Assembly: GCA_964472785.1 (NCBI GenBank)
Contig: CAYYMH010000011.1
Location: 22,783 to 86,782 of the forward strand
Origin: an uncultured Cytophagia bacterium
Lineage (GTDB): Bacteria; Zhuqueibacterota; Zhuqueibacteria; Thermofontimicrobiales; Thermofontimicrobiaceae
Direction of reading: 5' to 3'
DNA: 64,000 nucleotides
Shown here: piece after piece, positions 36,133 to 47,700 of the stretch
How the letters are laid out: the number at the start of each line of letters is the position of its first letter
Position numbering within the stretch: the first letter of the stretch is position 1
Program-made: the position numbers and the translations under genes
Notes under the pieces: model-generated
Databases searched by the model: none
What the model was told of the DNA's origin: nothing
The model's input: only the letters and a program-made list of their open reading frames with translations

Positions 36133-37311
36133 ATGGCAACTCAACGCGAACAAAAGCTACGGGCTTTAGCGAAATTAATGAACCGGCAAAACGTCAGCTC
36201 TATTCCGGTGACAAAAGCGCTGATTGATTGCTTTGACGCTGTCATCACACCGGAAGAGAATGAATTTTTAATCAAGCTCGGTACTGAGCCTCACACTTAC
36301 CAGCAGGCAACAGAAAAAGCTCAAATTCCTGAAGAGGATTTCCCACCTTTTTTTGAAAATATTCTTAAAAAAGGTTTGGTTTGGGAGAAAGATTGTTTTG
36401 ATGGTGACAAAAGGTATGAGTTAGCCCCGATCCTGTTGGGTTGGTTCGAGATTTACCTTTCGAATGGGAAAGAAACGCCTCAGCAACAAGAGTTTGCCAG
36501 ACGCGTTGAAAAGCTGTTTCAGTCATGGGGAAATTTAAATCGCTTTCCCATTCGATATCTCTGGAACCTCAAACATCAGCACGGAGAAGCTCACAAGCAT
36601 GTTGCAACCACCAAATCTTCCCCAACAGCAGATTCTGTAACAGTCAAACTGAATCGGCAAATCAATGCCAATGATACCGAAATCTATCCTTCAAAAAGCG
36701 TTTTTGAACTAATTGAAAAATATGGAAATAAAAACGAAATTGCCGTGGTTCATTGTTTCTGCAGGCAATGGAAAAAAATGGTCGGTGATCCCTGCCGTTT
36801 CGATTATCCGCCTGAATCGTGCATTGTGATCGGCAAGTTCACAAAATATACCGTAGATTATGGGATTGGGAGATACATCTCAAAAAGCGATGCGTTTCAA
36901 CTGATCAAAAGACTGCAAAAAAGCGGAGCCGTGCATCAGGTCTATTATGAACATGAGGACATGAGCTTGCCTGAAATTGCCATCTGTAACTGTTGTTGGG
37001 ACTGCTGCGGTGTGCTGGGTTCTTATAACCGCGGGATTTTACCGCTTCATTTTAAATCATATTACATCGCCCAAATTGAAAATGCCGAGCGCTGCACAAA
37101 ATGCCGGAAGTGTGAAAAATATTGTCCTGTGGAGGCGATTTTTGTCGAAGGGCAGCAGTTGAAAATTGATGAACAAAAATGCATTGGCTGTGGTCAATGC
37201 GAATTGCAGTGTCCGCACAATGTATTGTCTTTGCGTTACCTGGAACGGGATGTGATTTTGCCGTTACAAAAAAAGTCGAAAGCAAGAATTAAACCAAACC
37301 ACATAAAATGA
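36133..37311 (+). CDS. Fe-S protein with two 4Fe-4S ferredoxin motifs and extra Cys cluster
   Basis: The ferredoxin motifs are CTKCRKCEKYCPVEAI and CIGCGQCELQCPHN. An additional CNCCWDCC cluster is present. Its stop overlaps the photolyase gene start by 4 nt. Confidence 0.6.
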   Translation: MATQREQKLRALAKLMNRQNVSSIPVTKALIDCFDAVITPEENEFLIKLGTEPHTYQQATEKAQIPEEDFPPFFENILKKGLVWEKDCFDGDKRYELAPILLGWFEIYLSNGKETPQQQEFARRVEKLFQSWGNLNRFPIRYLWNLKHQHGEAHKHVATTKSSPTADSVTVKLNRQINANDTEIYPSKSVFELIEKYGNKNEIAVVHCFCRQWKKMVGDPCRFDYPPESCIVIGKFTKYTVDYGIGRYISKSDAFQLIKRLQKSGAVHQVYYEHEDMSLPEIAICNCCWDCCGVLGSYNRGILPLHFKSYYIAQIENAERCTKCRKCEKYCPVEAIFVEGQQLKIDEQKCIGCGQCELQCPHNVLSLRYLERDVILPLQKKSKARIKPNHIK

Positions 37312-38843
37312 CAAAGTCAGTTCTCAGATTAATTTTGGGGGATCAGTTAAATATCAACCATTCCTGGTTTGGGAATGTGGACCAAGATGTAATTTACGCA
37401 ATGATGGAAGTCCGCCAGGAAACCGATTATGTAAAACACCACATCCAAAAGGTACTTGCCTTTTTTGCCAGCATGCGCGCATTTGCCAAACAACTTCAGC
37501 AGCAGGGACACACGATTCACTACCTTCGTTTGGATGATCCCGAAAACCGGCAATCCATTCCGGATAATTTAACTTATTTCATCAATAAATACAACGTTAA
37601 ACAACTCGAGTATCAATTACCGGATGAATACCGATTGGATCAGCAACTTAACGCTTTTTGTGATGAGCTGTCGATAAAAACGAAAGCAATGGACACGGAA
37701 CATTTTCTTTCCATGCGCCATGATGTCAAAAATTATTTTTCCGGAAAAAATCAGTTCCTGATGGAATCATTTTACCGCCATATGCGAGATAAACACAACA
37801 TTCTCATGGAGGATAAAAAACCAATTGGAGGAAAATGGAACTATGACATCAAAAACCGGCGGAAATATGACGGGCAGCAAACAGTGCCAGAACCGCTCAT
37901 TTTCGATAATAAGGTTGAACATTTAATAACGCTGCTCGAGGCGCAAAAAGTGAAAACTTTCGGTCACTGCGAGTATCATCTGATCTGGCCTATTAACAGG
38001 GCGCAATCGCTCGAACTTCTAAACTATTTTATTAAACATGCCCTTCCCTATTTTGGTAGTTATCAGGATGCGATGGTAAAAAAGCACTGGAGCCTGTTCC
38101 ATTCCAGATTATCCTTCAGTTTGAACACAAAAATGCTGCATCCAATGGAAGTAATCATTTCAGCATTGAACGCGTGGAATGATAACAGGAATCAGATTGA
38201 GCTGCATCAAATAGAAGGCTTTGTCCGACAAATATTGGGCTGGCGCGAATACATGCGAGGCATATACTGGTCAGAGATGCCAGACTATAAGAACCTTAAT
38301 TTTTTCGACCATCATCGAAAATTACCTCATTATTACTGGGATGCAGAAACAAACATGCAATGCATGAAATATGCATTGGATCAATCATTAAAAAAAGCTT
38401 ATGCCCATCACATTCAGCGGCTGATGATCACTGGTAATTTTGCACTATTAGCAGGTATTCATCCAGATGAAGTGGATGCCTGGTATTTGGGCGTTTACAT
38501 CGATGCGGTTGAATGGGTGGAAATGACCAACACACGGGGAATGAGCCAGTATGCGGATGGTGGCATCGTCGGCTCCAAACCGTATATTTCAACAGCGAAC
38601 TATATCCAAAAAATGAGCGATTACTGTGAAGGCTGTTTTTATGATTACAGAAAAAAATATGGTGACAAAGCCTGCCCGTTCAACAGCCTGTATTGGGCAT
38701 TTTACCACCGTCACCGTAAAAGATTGGGCAAAAATCCAAGGGTTGCCATGATGTACCGTGTATGGGATCTAAAATCAGAAACAGAAAGATATGCGATTCT
38801 TGAACAGGCTGATTTATATTTACAAAACGTTGAAAAATTATAA
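37308..38843 (+). CDS. cryptochrome/photolyase-family protein, PhrB/CryB-like (FeS-BCP, COG3046)
   Basis: The N-terminus LRLILGDQLN...HHIQKVLAFFASMRAFAKQLQQQGHTIHYLRLDD parallels A. tumefaciens PhrB (LILGDQLS...[34 protein letters not shown]). It is 511 aa. Confidence 0.8.
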   Translation: MTKSVLRLILGDQLNINHSWFGNVDQDVIYAMMEVRQETDYVKHHIQKVLAFFASMRAFAKQLQQQGHTIHYLRLDDPENRQSIPDNLTYFINKYNVKQLEYQLPDEYRLDQQLNAFCDELSIKTKAMDTEHFLSMRHDVKNYFSGKNQFLMESFYRHMRDKHNILMEDKKPIGGKWNYDIKNRRKYDGQQTVPEPLIFDNKVEHLITLLEAQKVKTFGHCEYHLIWPINRAQSLELLNYFIKHALPYFGSYQDAMVKKHWSLFHSRLSFSLNTKMLHPMEVIISALNAWNDNRNQIELHQIEGFVRQILGWREYMRGIYWSEMPDYKNLNFFDHHRKLPHYYWDAETNMQCMKYALDQSLKKAYAHHIQRLMITGNFALLAGIHPDEVDAWYLGVYIDAVEWVEMTNTRGMSQYADGGIVGSKPYISTANYIQKMSDYCEGCFYDYRKKYGDKACPFNSLYWAFYHRHRKRLGKNPRVAMMYRVWDLKSETERYAILEQADLYLQNVEKL

Positions 38844-39855
38844 TAACATGTGATATAGCCTGATCGAATTTGGACGTTCAACACGAGTATTAGTCACTTA
38901 GTAGAAACAACTCATTCATTTTTCTGAACAGAATTTTTTAAAAAATTAGAGTCTTTTTTGATAATTTCGCTTGACTTTGAAAATAAATTTATTATATTAA
39001 AACTGTTGTAAATTATTTCAGAACAAGAAGCTCATCCCTTCTCTTTCGGAAACAGAAACGAAAATTGAACCTCCGATCAGCAAATTCAACACACTAATAT
39101 CAGACCCGGGACACACTCCTTAAAATGGTCATCATATTGATAATTTATATTTTACAAGCTGTTATGAAATATTTAAAATTCAATTATTAGTTACATCCAT
39201 GACTGATTGAAATAATTTTATTTGCTAAGCTAAATTTAAAAATCTATTTACAATTTTAATTTCAATTTTGTCGATGTATAAAATTTGGTTTAAAGCCCAA
39301 ATTCAATGGACACAATGTTATATCCGTCCTATCAACAGGCCTTTCAACCGTTGAATTTTCACTGTTGATTCATAATAGCAGTCTATTTATATTTAAATAT
39401 TCTGCGAAAATAATTTCCTAAAAACATTTTTTTCTTGACATTAATTAAATAATTTTTTATTTTGAATATCGGCATCACAAGGCACCAAATGAATGGCATT
39501 TAGAATATGCTTTCTCATGCAGATTAACTTTCGATTAATATAATCCCAGTTGAATCTACCCGCAGTCGGAGCCAGACTCATACTTTTTCTGAATGCTTTT
39601 CTTAATACACACAATATCTCCTATCTAAGATTTTTCTATAATTTATTAGATTTAGCTACACAGATCATTAATAAATAAATGAGAGAAACACATTTAAAGC
39701 ATCCCTTATACTGCAGAAAATTAGGCGTGATGAACTTATGGGACAAATCATATGGATTATTAATCATCAAAGGAGGTGATAAATTCGATATCGTTTCCCC
39801 CCCCTTAATTCACATCAACCATTTCAGCAACATGTAAGTTAAGAAAGGAATTACT

Positions 39856-42800
39856 ATGAATAGTAAAATTGACTCAAACAGGATATACCTTGACTTGTTT
39901 GTTCTGTTTGTGATCGCTTCGTTTATTTGCTTTCCTCTTTTTTCTCATGCGCAGGAGTTGGTTACAAAAGAAAAGGTTATTGAATTAGCTAATCGATTTA
40001 TTCAGGATGGACAAGCAGAAATACCCTCTCTGTCAACAGCTCAATTCGGAGAACCTGAGCTCATCAATGACGATGCTGATAATCCCATTAAGTGGCAGGT
40101 CAAAGTAATGACTCAAAATCGCTTGATGGGATATTTTTATGTCAAAGCAGAAACCATGGATGATGGTAACATACCCGTTTGGTTTTCAGGTCTTGGAGAT
40201 ACCGGTCAAAAACAGGAACAAATATCTCCAATTAAAAAAGAAAAAGGGATAGCAGGAGAACCCCATATCGAAGAAAATGACAACCATTTTATTGAGGAAG
40301 AAGAATCGAATTTTCCAAAAGGTCAAACGACACCCAGAATGGGTTATTCATCACTGGTTTTTGATCCCTCTAAATTTCAACGAATTATTCCTGCAGACGA
40401 TGAGAAGGAAATCATTGAACAAGAACCTCCGGAAGCGCCCGCTGCCTGGAACACGATTAAATATGAGAGTTTTGAAGGTTCTTTTCCCAATGATTGGGAT
40501 GTTTATGCGGCAACAGGATATGCCGACGCCTATTGGGACGATACGTCTTATAAAAAATACGCTGGCTCTTGGAGTGGGTTTTGCGCTGATCTTGGTTCAG
40601 ATTCCAATGGCTATGGCGGTCAATATGTCAATAATATGTATGCCTGGATGATCTATGGACCGTTCAGTCTGGCTGACGCTACGGATGCGGTGGTTCAATT
40701 TCGTCATTGGACGAAAACGGAGGCAACTTACGATAAACTCCATTATGTCGCATCAAAAAATGGTACGAACTATTATGGTTGGTACCTGACTGGCAACATG
40801 ACTGATGATACCGGAAACATAAATGGTTGGCTTTACAAGGAATTTGATCTGACCAATGTCTATACTATCGGAGACTTAACCGGTGAAAGCCAGGTATGGA
40901 TCGCATTTGTATTTACCAGTGATGCGGTAGTTGTTAATGACGGATCATATCTGGATGAAATTTATCTTAAAAAAGATGTTGGGGATACAGCGCCAACACT
41001 GGTTGACCACTTTACCTGTAGAGACGGCAATGATCCATACAACACAGCAACCACTACATTTAATACCACAGATAATATTGCAGCGGAATTCGTTAAATTT
41101 AACTCGAGCTCTTGTACTCGTGGTTATCCCCTTGGTATTGATTTCTACGATGATACAAATTCATATTATTGGGGAGCAACGACAACAATTCCAGCCGGAA
41201 ACAGCAATTATACCTGGTGGGCGGGAATTTATATCTCGGGTCAATATCCTGAGACTCATCCGGGTACTTATAACGCACGGGTAAAATTGGACGGTAGTCA
41301 GATTGCCAGGGATAATTTTACTATTGAAGGTTCAGATACAGAACCAACTTTAGTCGATCATTTTACCTGTCGCAACGGTGATGATCCATACAACACCCAA
41401 ACCACAACTTTTAATACTACAGACGCTATTGCAACAGAATTCGTGAAATTCAATTCGACCGCTTGCACAAGAGCCTGGACGGTCCGTATTGATTTTTTTG
41501 ATGATAATGACGATTTTTATTGGGGAGCAGAAATGAATTTGCCTGCAGGAAATAGTAGTTGGACATGGTGGGCTGGAATGTACATTTCCGGTTATTATCC
41601 TGCAACTCATCCAGGAGATTACTGTGTACGTGTTCATCTGGATGGGAATTGGTTATTCAGAGACGATTTTGAGATTGTACAACAAGGAGGGGAACCCGAC
41701 ATCCATGTTAATCCAACCCAAATCGATATCTATCAAACTCCGGCAAATTTGCAAAACTTTGATATCGATCCACTACCAGTACAGGAAGAACCATTTCGTG
41801 GAAAACATCCCACAGGTCTTATAATTCCGGAATATGTCAAAGATTACTGGAAAACACATTCACCTCAAATCGAATTTGATGTAAACACACTCAGTGCATC
41901 AGTCGACTGGAGCAGCAGCGACAGTCCGGTAAAAAATCAGGGGACTTGCGGTTCCTGCTGGGCGTTTGCTGCTGTCGGCTTGGTGGAAAATCGTGGTGGA
42001 TATTCTGATCTTTCAGAGCAAGTTCTTGTATCATGTGCTCCCGGAGACTGCAACGGCGGGTGGATGTGGGACGCCTTTGAATATATGAATACAGACGGCG
42101 TTCCGCCTGAAGTCTGCTATCCGTACACTGCGACCAATGGAAACTGTAACAACAAATGTACGAATCCCGATTATTTAGTAAAAGTAACAAACTACACGCC
42201 AGCATACGGTTTGTGGGGAGAACCTACTACGGTTAACACTTTGAAAGGTCAACTGCAAAGTGGACCTGTTGTTGTGGCAATGCGTGTTCCGGATGACAAC
42301 ACATTTAATGGCTGGCCTGGTTATACAGGAGGTATTTACAATTACAGCGGCGGAAATATTTCCGATGGTCCCAATCATGCGGTTTTGCTTGTTGGCTACA
42401 ATGATGATCAGCAATATTTTAAAGCAAAAAACAGTTGGGGGACAACATGGGGAGAAAGCGGATATTTTCGTATTGCTTATGATGATGTAACTGACGACAT
42501 CCAGTTTGGAAGCTATGGTTGTATTGCCTCTGGCATTTACACTGAAGGCGGCGGAGAATCCTTCACGATAAGCAATCAAGGAACGGCAACTTTAGTGATC
42601 AACAGCATCAGTGACAATAAATCCTGGTTGTCATTTACACCAACGACGATCCCGAATATTACACCGGGAGGCTCTCAAGTCGTTACTGTGAGTGTTACAG
42701 ATTGGAATGCAGTAAGCTCTCCTTCAGAGACCGGAACCATTACAATCAACTCAAATGATCCGGATGAAGCGAATGTTCAGGTACAGGTAACAGCTTATCC

Positions 42801-44499
42801 AGATGGCGGTGGTGACAATCCTATTCTGAATGTCAATAAAACCAGTATGACGTTTAGTGCTAATCAGGACGGTCCAAATCCTGCGCCGCAGACATTCAAT
42901 ATCACTAACGGCGGAACCGGGTCGTTCAACTGGACTGTCGCTGATAATAAGAGCTGGCTTTCAGAGAGTCCGACTAGTGGCAGCACAACCAACGAAACCG
43001 ATGTCGTGACTGTTTCCGTCAATGTCGCTGGATTAGGTCAGGGTACCTATAATGGAACCATAACAATTAGCGCTCCTGCTGCTCAGGGTAGCCCCAAAAC
43101 CATCAATGTGACACTAAATATTGGAGGCGGTGGACCGTGTAATCCACCTTATGTTAAAGCTCAAGACGGAAGCGGTGTCACCGGAACCGTGTTCACAGTG
43201 GATGTCGACATCAATCAAAATCCGACCGCAATTGATGCGTTTGGCTTTCAGTTTACCTATAATAGCAGTAAAATGTCATTACAGAGTGTGGCAAAAGGCG
43301 TATTGAGTAACCACTTCAGTTTCTTCCAGTATAATGAAAGTCCAGCAGGCACAGTTACGATCGGTGGATTCGATACAACACCCATTTCTGAAAATAGCAA
43401 TGGTACGATTGCAAGGGTAACGCTTCAAGTGACAAATTGTACAGAAGGAGAGACCTCAACATTAGGCATTCAAAACCTGACAGACGATTTAGCCGGGATG
43501 AATACCTGTAATGGAACATTTACCTGTGATCAACCTTGTCTGTTAGGTGATGTCAATATGGACGATGCAATCAGCCCGGGAGATGCCCTGTGCGCATTTC
43601 AGATTTATCTCAATGGAGGCACACCACCATCCGGTGAATGTGATACGGAATGTGCCTTGTATGCGGCAGATGTAAATTGCTCGCCAAATGGCGTAACTCC
43701 GGGTGATGCACTTTATATTTTCCAGGCCTATTTGAACGGTTTAACTCCACCATTGGATTGTGATCCGACATTAGCGATGGCGAACGAAAATAGCAACAAC
43801 GCCAAAATCAGTCTGGTAAAATTGCAAAGCCTCGCCGACAACGAACTCAAATTAGCCTTGCAGGTGGAACAGGTCAATGTACTGAAAGCATTTGGAATAG
43901 ATATTGGGTTCTCTGACGAAGTGTTGGCCCTGAAAGAAGTGCAATCCACGACACTGACAGAAACCTGGCAGGCACTTGATGGTCAGGAAAATATGGCAGG
44001 TGTCATTAGCATCGGTGGTTTTAATCATGAAGCGATTTCTTCAAACGGTTTTCTGGCAACTTTGACCTTTGAGGTAAAACAGTCTGACCTAAACAAAAAC
44101 ATCGAATTGTGGTTATCGAATGCCCAAGATGACTTGGCAGGAGTTCAAGCCACCGCCAATGTATTTCGCTTTAATCTGCTTTCAACAGATGTGTATCGAA
44201 TCGGTGACGGTTTGATCCCGGAAGATTACGTACTCGACCAGAATCATCCCAATCCGTTCAATATGGAAACGGAAATAACCTATCAGATACCCGAACCGAC
44301 CTATGTCAAACTTGATATTTACAATTCAAGGGGTCAAAAAGTGAAATCATTGGTTTCGGAGGATCAGCAAGCAGGGCGTTATGCAGTGCACTGGGACGGA
44401 AGAAATGAAAATGGTGAAACAATGACTTCCGGTGTTTATCTGTACCGAATTTCAACGTCGAAATTTGTTGATTCTAAAAAGTTGATACTCATTAAATAA
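39856..44499 (+). CDS. secreted multidomain papain-like (C1) cysteine peptidase with cohesin-like and dockerin-like modules and T9SS C-terminal sorting domain
   Basis: The signal peptide ends SHA|QE. A tandem ~117-aa repeat is present. The C1 active site is QGTCGSCWAFAA. Two Ig-like domains follow, then a cohesin-like domain (AIDAFGFQFTYNSS...). The dockerin-like pair is GDVNMDDAISPGDAL / ADVNCSPNGVTPGDAL. The C-terminus (...VYLYRISTSKFVDSKKLILIK) is a T9SS CTD. Confidence 0.8.
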   Translation: MNSKIDSNRIYLDLFVLFVIASFICFPLFSHAQELVTKEKVIELANRFIQDGQAEIPSLSTAQFGEPELINDDADNPIKWQVKVMTQNRLMGYFYVKAETMDDGNIPVWFSGLGDTGQKQEQISPIKKEKGIAGEPHIEENDNHFIEEEESNFPKGQTTPRMGYSSLVFDPSKFQRIIPADDEKEIIEQEPPEAPAAWNTIKYESFEGSFPNDWDVYAATGYADAYWDDTSYKKYAGSWSGFCADLGSDSNGYGGQYVNNMYAWMIYGPFSLADATDAVVQFRHWTKTEATYDKLHYVASKNGTNYYGWYLTGNMTDDTGNINGWLYKEFDLTNVYTIGDLTGESQVWIAFVFTSDAVVVNDGSYLDEIYLKKDVGDTAPTLVDHFTCRDGNDPYNTATTTFNTTDNIAAEFVKFNSSSCTRGYPLGIDFYDDTNSYYWGATTTIPAGNSNYTWWAGIYISGQYPETHPGTYNARVKLDGSQIARDNFTIEGSDTEPTLVDHFTCRNGDDPYNTQTTTFNTTDAIATEFVKFNSTACTRAWTVRIDFFDDNDDFYWGAEMNLPAGNSSWTWWAGMYISGYYPATHPGDYCVRVHLDGNWLFRDDFEIVQQGGEPDIHVNPTQIDIYQTPANLQNFDIDPLPVQEEPFRGKHPTGLIIPEYVKDYWKTHSPQIEFDVNTLSASVDWSSSDSPVKNQGTCGSCWAFAAVGLVENRGGYSDLSEQVLVSCAPGDCNGGWMWDAFEYMNTDGVPPEVCYPYTATNGNCNNKCTNPDYLVKVTNYTPAYGLWGEPTTVNTLKGQLQSGPVVVAMRVPDDNTFNGWPGYTGGIYNYSGGNISDGPNHAVLLVGYNDDQQYFKAKNSWGTTWGESGYFRIAYDDVTDDIQFGSYGCIASGIYTEGGGESFTISNQGTATLVINSISDNKSWLSFTPTTIPNITPGGSQVVTVSVTDWNAVSSPSETGTITINSNDPDEANVQVQVTAYPDGGGDNPILNVNKTSMTFSANQDGPNPAPQTFNITNGGTGSFNWTVADNKSWLSESPTSGSTTNETDVVTVSVNVAGLGQGTYNGTITISAPAAQGSPKTINVTLNIGGGGPCNPPYVKAQDGSGVTGTVFTVDVDINQNPTAIDAFGFQFTYNSSKMSLQSVAKGVLSNHFSFFQYNESPAGTVTIGGFDTTPISENSNGTIARVTLQVTNCTEGETSTLGIQNLTDDLAGMNTCNGTFTCDQPCLLGDVNMDDAISPGDALCAFQIYLNGGTPPSGECDTECALYAADVNCSPNGVTPGDALYIFQAYLNGLTPPLDCDPTLAMANENSNNAKISLVKLQSLADNELKLALQVEQVNVLKAFGIDIGFSDEVLALKEVQSTTLTETWQALDGQENMAGVISIGGFNHEAISSNGFLATLTFEVKQSDLNKNIELWLSNAQDDLAGVQATANVFRFNLLSTDVYRIGDGLIPEDYVLDQNHPNPFNMETEITYQIPEPTYVKLDIYNSRGQKVKSLVSEDQQAGRYAVHWDGRNENGETMTSGVYLYRISTSKFVDSKKLILIK

Positions 44500-44520
44500 T
44501 TTCTATCCAATTCTATATTT

Positions 44521-44567
44521 CATCCCGGGGACAATTGTCTAAGTTCCCGGGATGAATAATTTTGTTT
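44521..44567 (+). terminator. rho-independent terminator after the C1-peptidase gene
   Basis: The stem is catcccggg...cccgggatg (9 bp perfect). It is followed by aataattttgtttg. Confidence 0.5.
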
Positions 44568-44766
44568 GAGACTCTTTGAGACATACCACGCTCAAATTTG
44601 ATCACAATTTGTTGTTACTCACATTCAGATATTCATCAATACCATGACACTTTTATTGATACTGATTTATGAGGAGTTTTTTTCTACTCTTGAACAAACT
44701 TTTGGTATAAACGATCACGTTCACGTTTAAAATATTATAAAGAAATATTTCAGAGAAAGGGAACAG

Positions 44767-47700
44767 ATGTCGAGATTATGCGCCATAGTTAGTTTGTTGT
44801 TGATAATTTTTAATCCAGCCTTGATAGATTCACAAACCGCAAACAACCAAAACAGAAAAAATCTTGAACTATTAGCCGAAAGACATCAAAAAAAATCTCT
44901 TCAAAAAAAACAGGAAGCCATCAAATGGGCACAGGAAAAGGGAGCACCTGTGCGAACAGAGTTTAAGGACGGGACGATCATTGAAATTCAAGAAATTTTA
45001 AATGGTTATCCCCTATATTACATTACTGAAAATATAAATGCCGCCAAAACCGTTTCTACCGATGATGTCTGGCCCGGTGGCTCTGCCGGCTTGAATTTAA
45101 CTGGTTTGGGAATTACAATTGGTGAATGGGACGGTGGCGGAGTACGAACCTCTCATCAGGAGTTCAATGGCAGAGTCACTCAGATGGATTCTCCCAGTGG
45201 CACCAGCAGCCATTCGACTCATGTTGCCGGGACGATGATCGCGCGTGGGATGGATTCAGACGCAAAAGGTATGGCATATCAGGCAACTTTGGATGCCTAT
45301 GAGTGGAGTTCAGATGAATCAGAAATGGCAACTGCCGCAGCAAATGGTTTATTGTTCTCAAACCACTCTTACGGTTTTATTACCGGGTGGGAATACAACT
45401 ATTTTGGTGACGGTCGCTATGCCTGGTTTGGCGATATTTCAGTCAGCCAGGTGGAAGATCATAAATTTGGGTTTTATCTGGATCACGCGGCTGACTGGGA
45501 TGAGATTGCTTACAATGCACCATATTATCTTATCGTCAAATCAGCCGGCAATGACCGCAACGATACCGGACCGTCACCGGGAGGCACGCATTGGTACTAC
45601 AACGGTTCGACCTGGGCATTAAATAATACGACACGCGATCGGGACGGTGGAAATGATGGATATGACTGCATTCCCGGAGGATCCGCGATTTCCAAAAATG
45701 TTTTAACAGTCGGTGCTGTCGATGACATTCCAGGCGGTTATACCATGCCTTCGGACGTTGTGATGAGTTCGTTTAGCGGCTGGGGACCTGCTGATGACGG
45801 CCGGATAAAACCGGACATTGTCGCTAACGGGATATCTCTTTATTCCTGCGATGATGATTATGACTCAGATTACACATCGAAAAGCGGCACTTCAATGGCA
45901 GCACCGAATACAACAGGTTCGCTCGCTCTGCTGCAGGAACATTATAAAGAAACGCATAATGACAGTTTGATGTTAGCTGCAACGTTAAAAGCGCTGGTAA
46001 TTCACACAGCAGATGAAGCCGGTGCCTACGCCGGACCAGATTATGAGTTTGGCTGGGGATTGCTCAATACAACAACTGCTGCCGAGCTGATTACGCAGGA
46101 TACGACAGATGGTAATTTCATACGAGAAGTGGAATTACAAAATAATGGTCAATATTCATTGCAGGTGAACTCCAATGGTGTTGACCAGATTAAAGTCACC
46201 ATTGCCTGGACAGATCCGGCGGGTACACCACCTTCAGCTCAGCTAAATCCGCGAACACCGATGCTAGCGAACGATCTCGATTTAAGAATTACCAATGATA
46301 ACCAAACGCACTATCCCTGGAAATTGGATCCTGATGATCCTTCGCATTCCGCAATCAGGGCAGATAACACCGTTGATAATGTTGAACAAATTATCATTGA
46401 AGAACCAATTCAGGGCGGTTACACAATCGTGGTGAATCATAAAGAACAACTAACAAACAGCAGGCAACAATTTTCGATGATTTTGGAAGGTGTTACCTTT
46501 GGATCTGATTCATGCATAGCACCCTACATCGCCTGTCCAAATGTTGAGGGGAAACCGGGTCAGAATTTGATTATTGATATAGCGATCGAGGACAATCCGC
46601 TACCGATTGATGCATTTGGATTTGAATTCAATTATTGCAGTGACAAATTATCCCTGGTTTCGGTCGAGAAGTACGATTTAACCGATTCTTTTCAGTTTTT
46701 CCAGTTTCAGGAAAACACACCCGGGACAGTAACTATCGGCGGATTCAATACTGACCCGATATTGGCGAACCAGAGCGGAGCTATCGCACGAATTACATTA
46801 CAGGTCGATCAATGTACCGAAGGAGAAACGTGTGATCTGGAAATCTCAAATCTGACCGATGATGTAGCTGGATTAAATATCTGTGACGGATCATTTACTT
46901 GTGTGACATGTTTGTTGGGCGACGTCACAGATGATGGCGCTCTCACACCGGCAGATGCGCTCTGCGTCTTTCAGCGATATTTAGAGCCGTCCTATCAGTC
47001 GACGGATTGCCCTTGTTTGGATGATGCGTCTGACGCTAATTGTGATCAATTAATTACCCCCGGAGATGCGTTAATTATATTTACGGCATATTTGAATAAT
47101 ATCGATCCTCCTCTTTTTTGTCCTGTATTAAAAACGGAATACGATCAAAAAGAAAATTTTGGAAATGAAAAATTGTATCTCAAGCCAACAGGAAATAATC
47201 CCGAACAGGAAATGACATTTTCATTAATGATAGACAATCCTGCTGAATTAAGAGCGTTCGGGATTGATTTGGGCTTTCCGGACGATTTGCTGAGATTCGT
47301 CGATGTTAAACCAACTTCCGTTACAGAGTGTTGGCAGATATTAGAAGGAACAGAACCATTAGCTGGCGTCGTACGAATTGGCGGGTTTAATCAGGAAGCC
47401 ATTCAACAAAAAGGTTCCCTCTCATTGGCGACAATTACCTTTAGAGAAAAAAGAGGAGCGCAGGGCGAGGGTGAGCTCTGGCTTTTTAATGCATCGGACG
47501 ACTTGAGTGAAATAAAAAAGGAAAACTTACAATTCAGCTTGCAGACAACCGACGTGCGACAGATAACATTTGAAACGACTCCAAAAACGTATGGATTAGG
47601 ACAAAACTACCCCAATCCATTTAATATGGAAACAGATATTTTTTATCAATTACCCGAAGCAAGCGAAGTCAAGCTTACTATTTACAATTCCCGGGGACAA

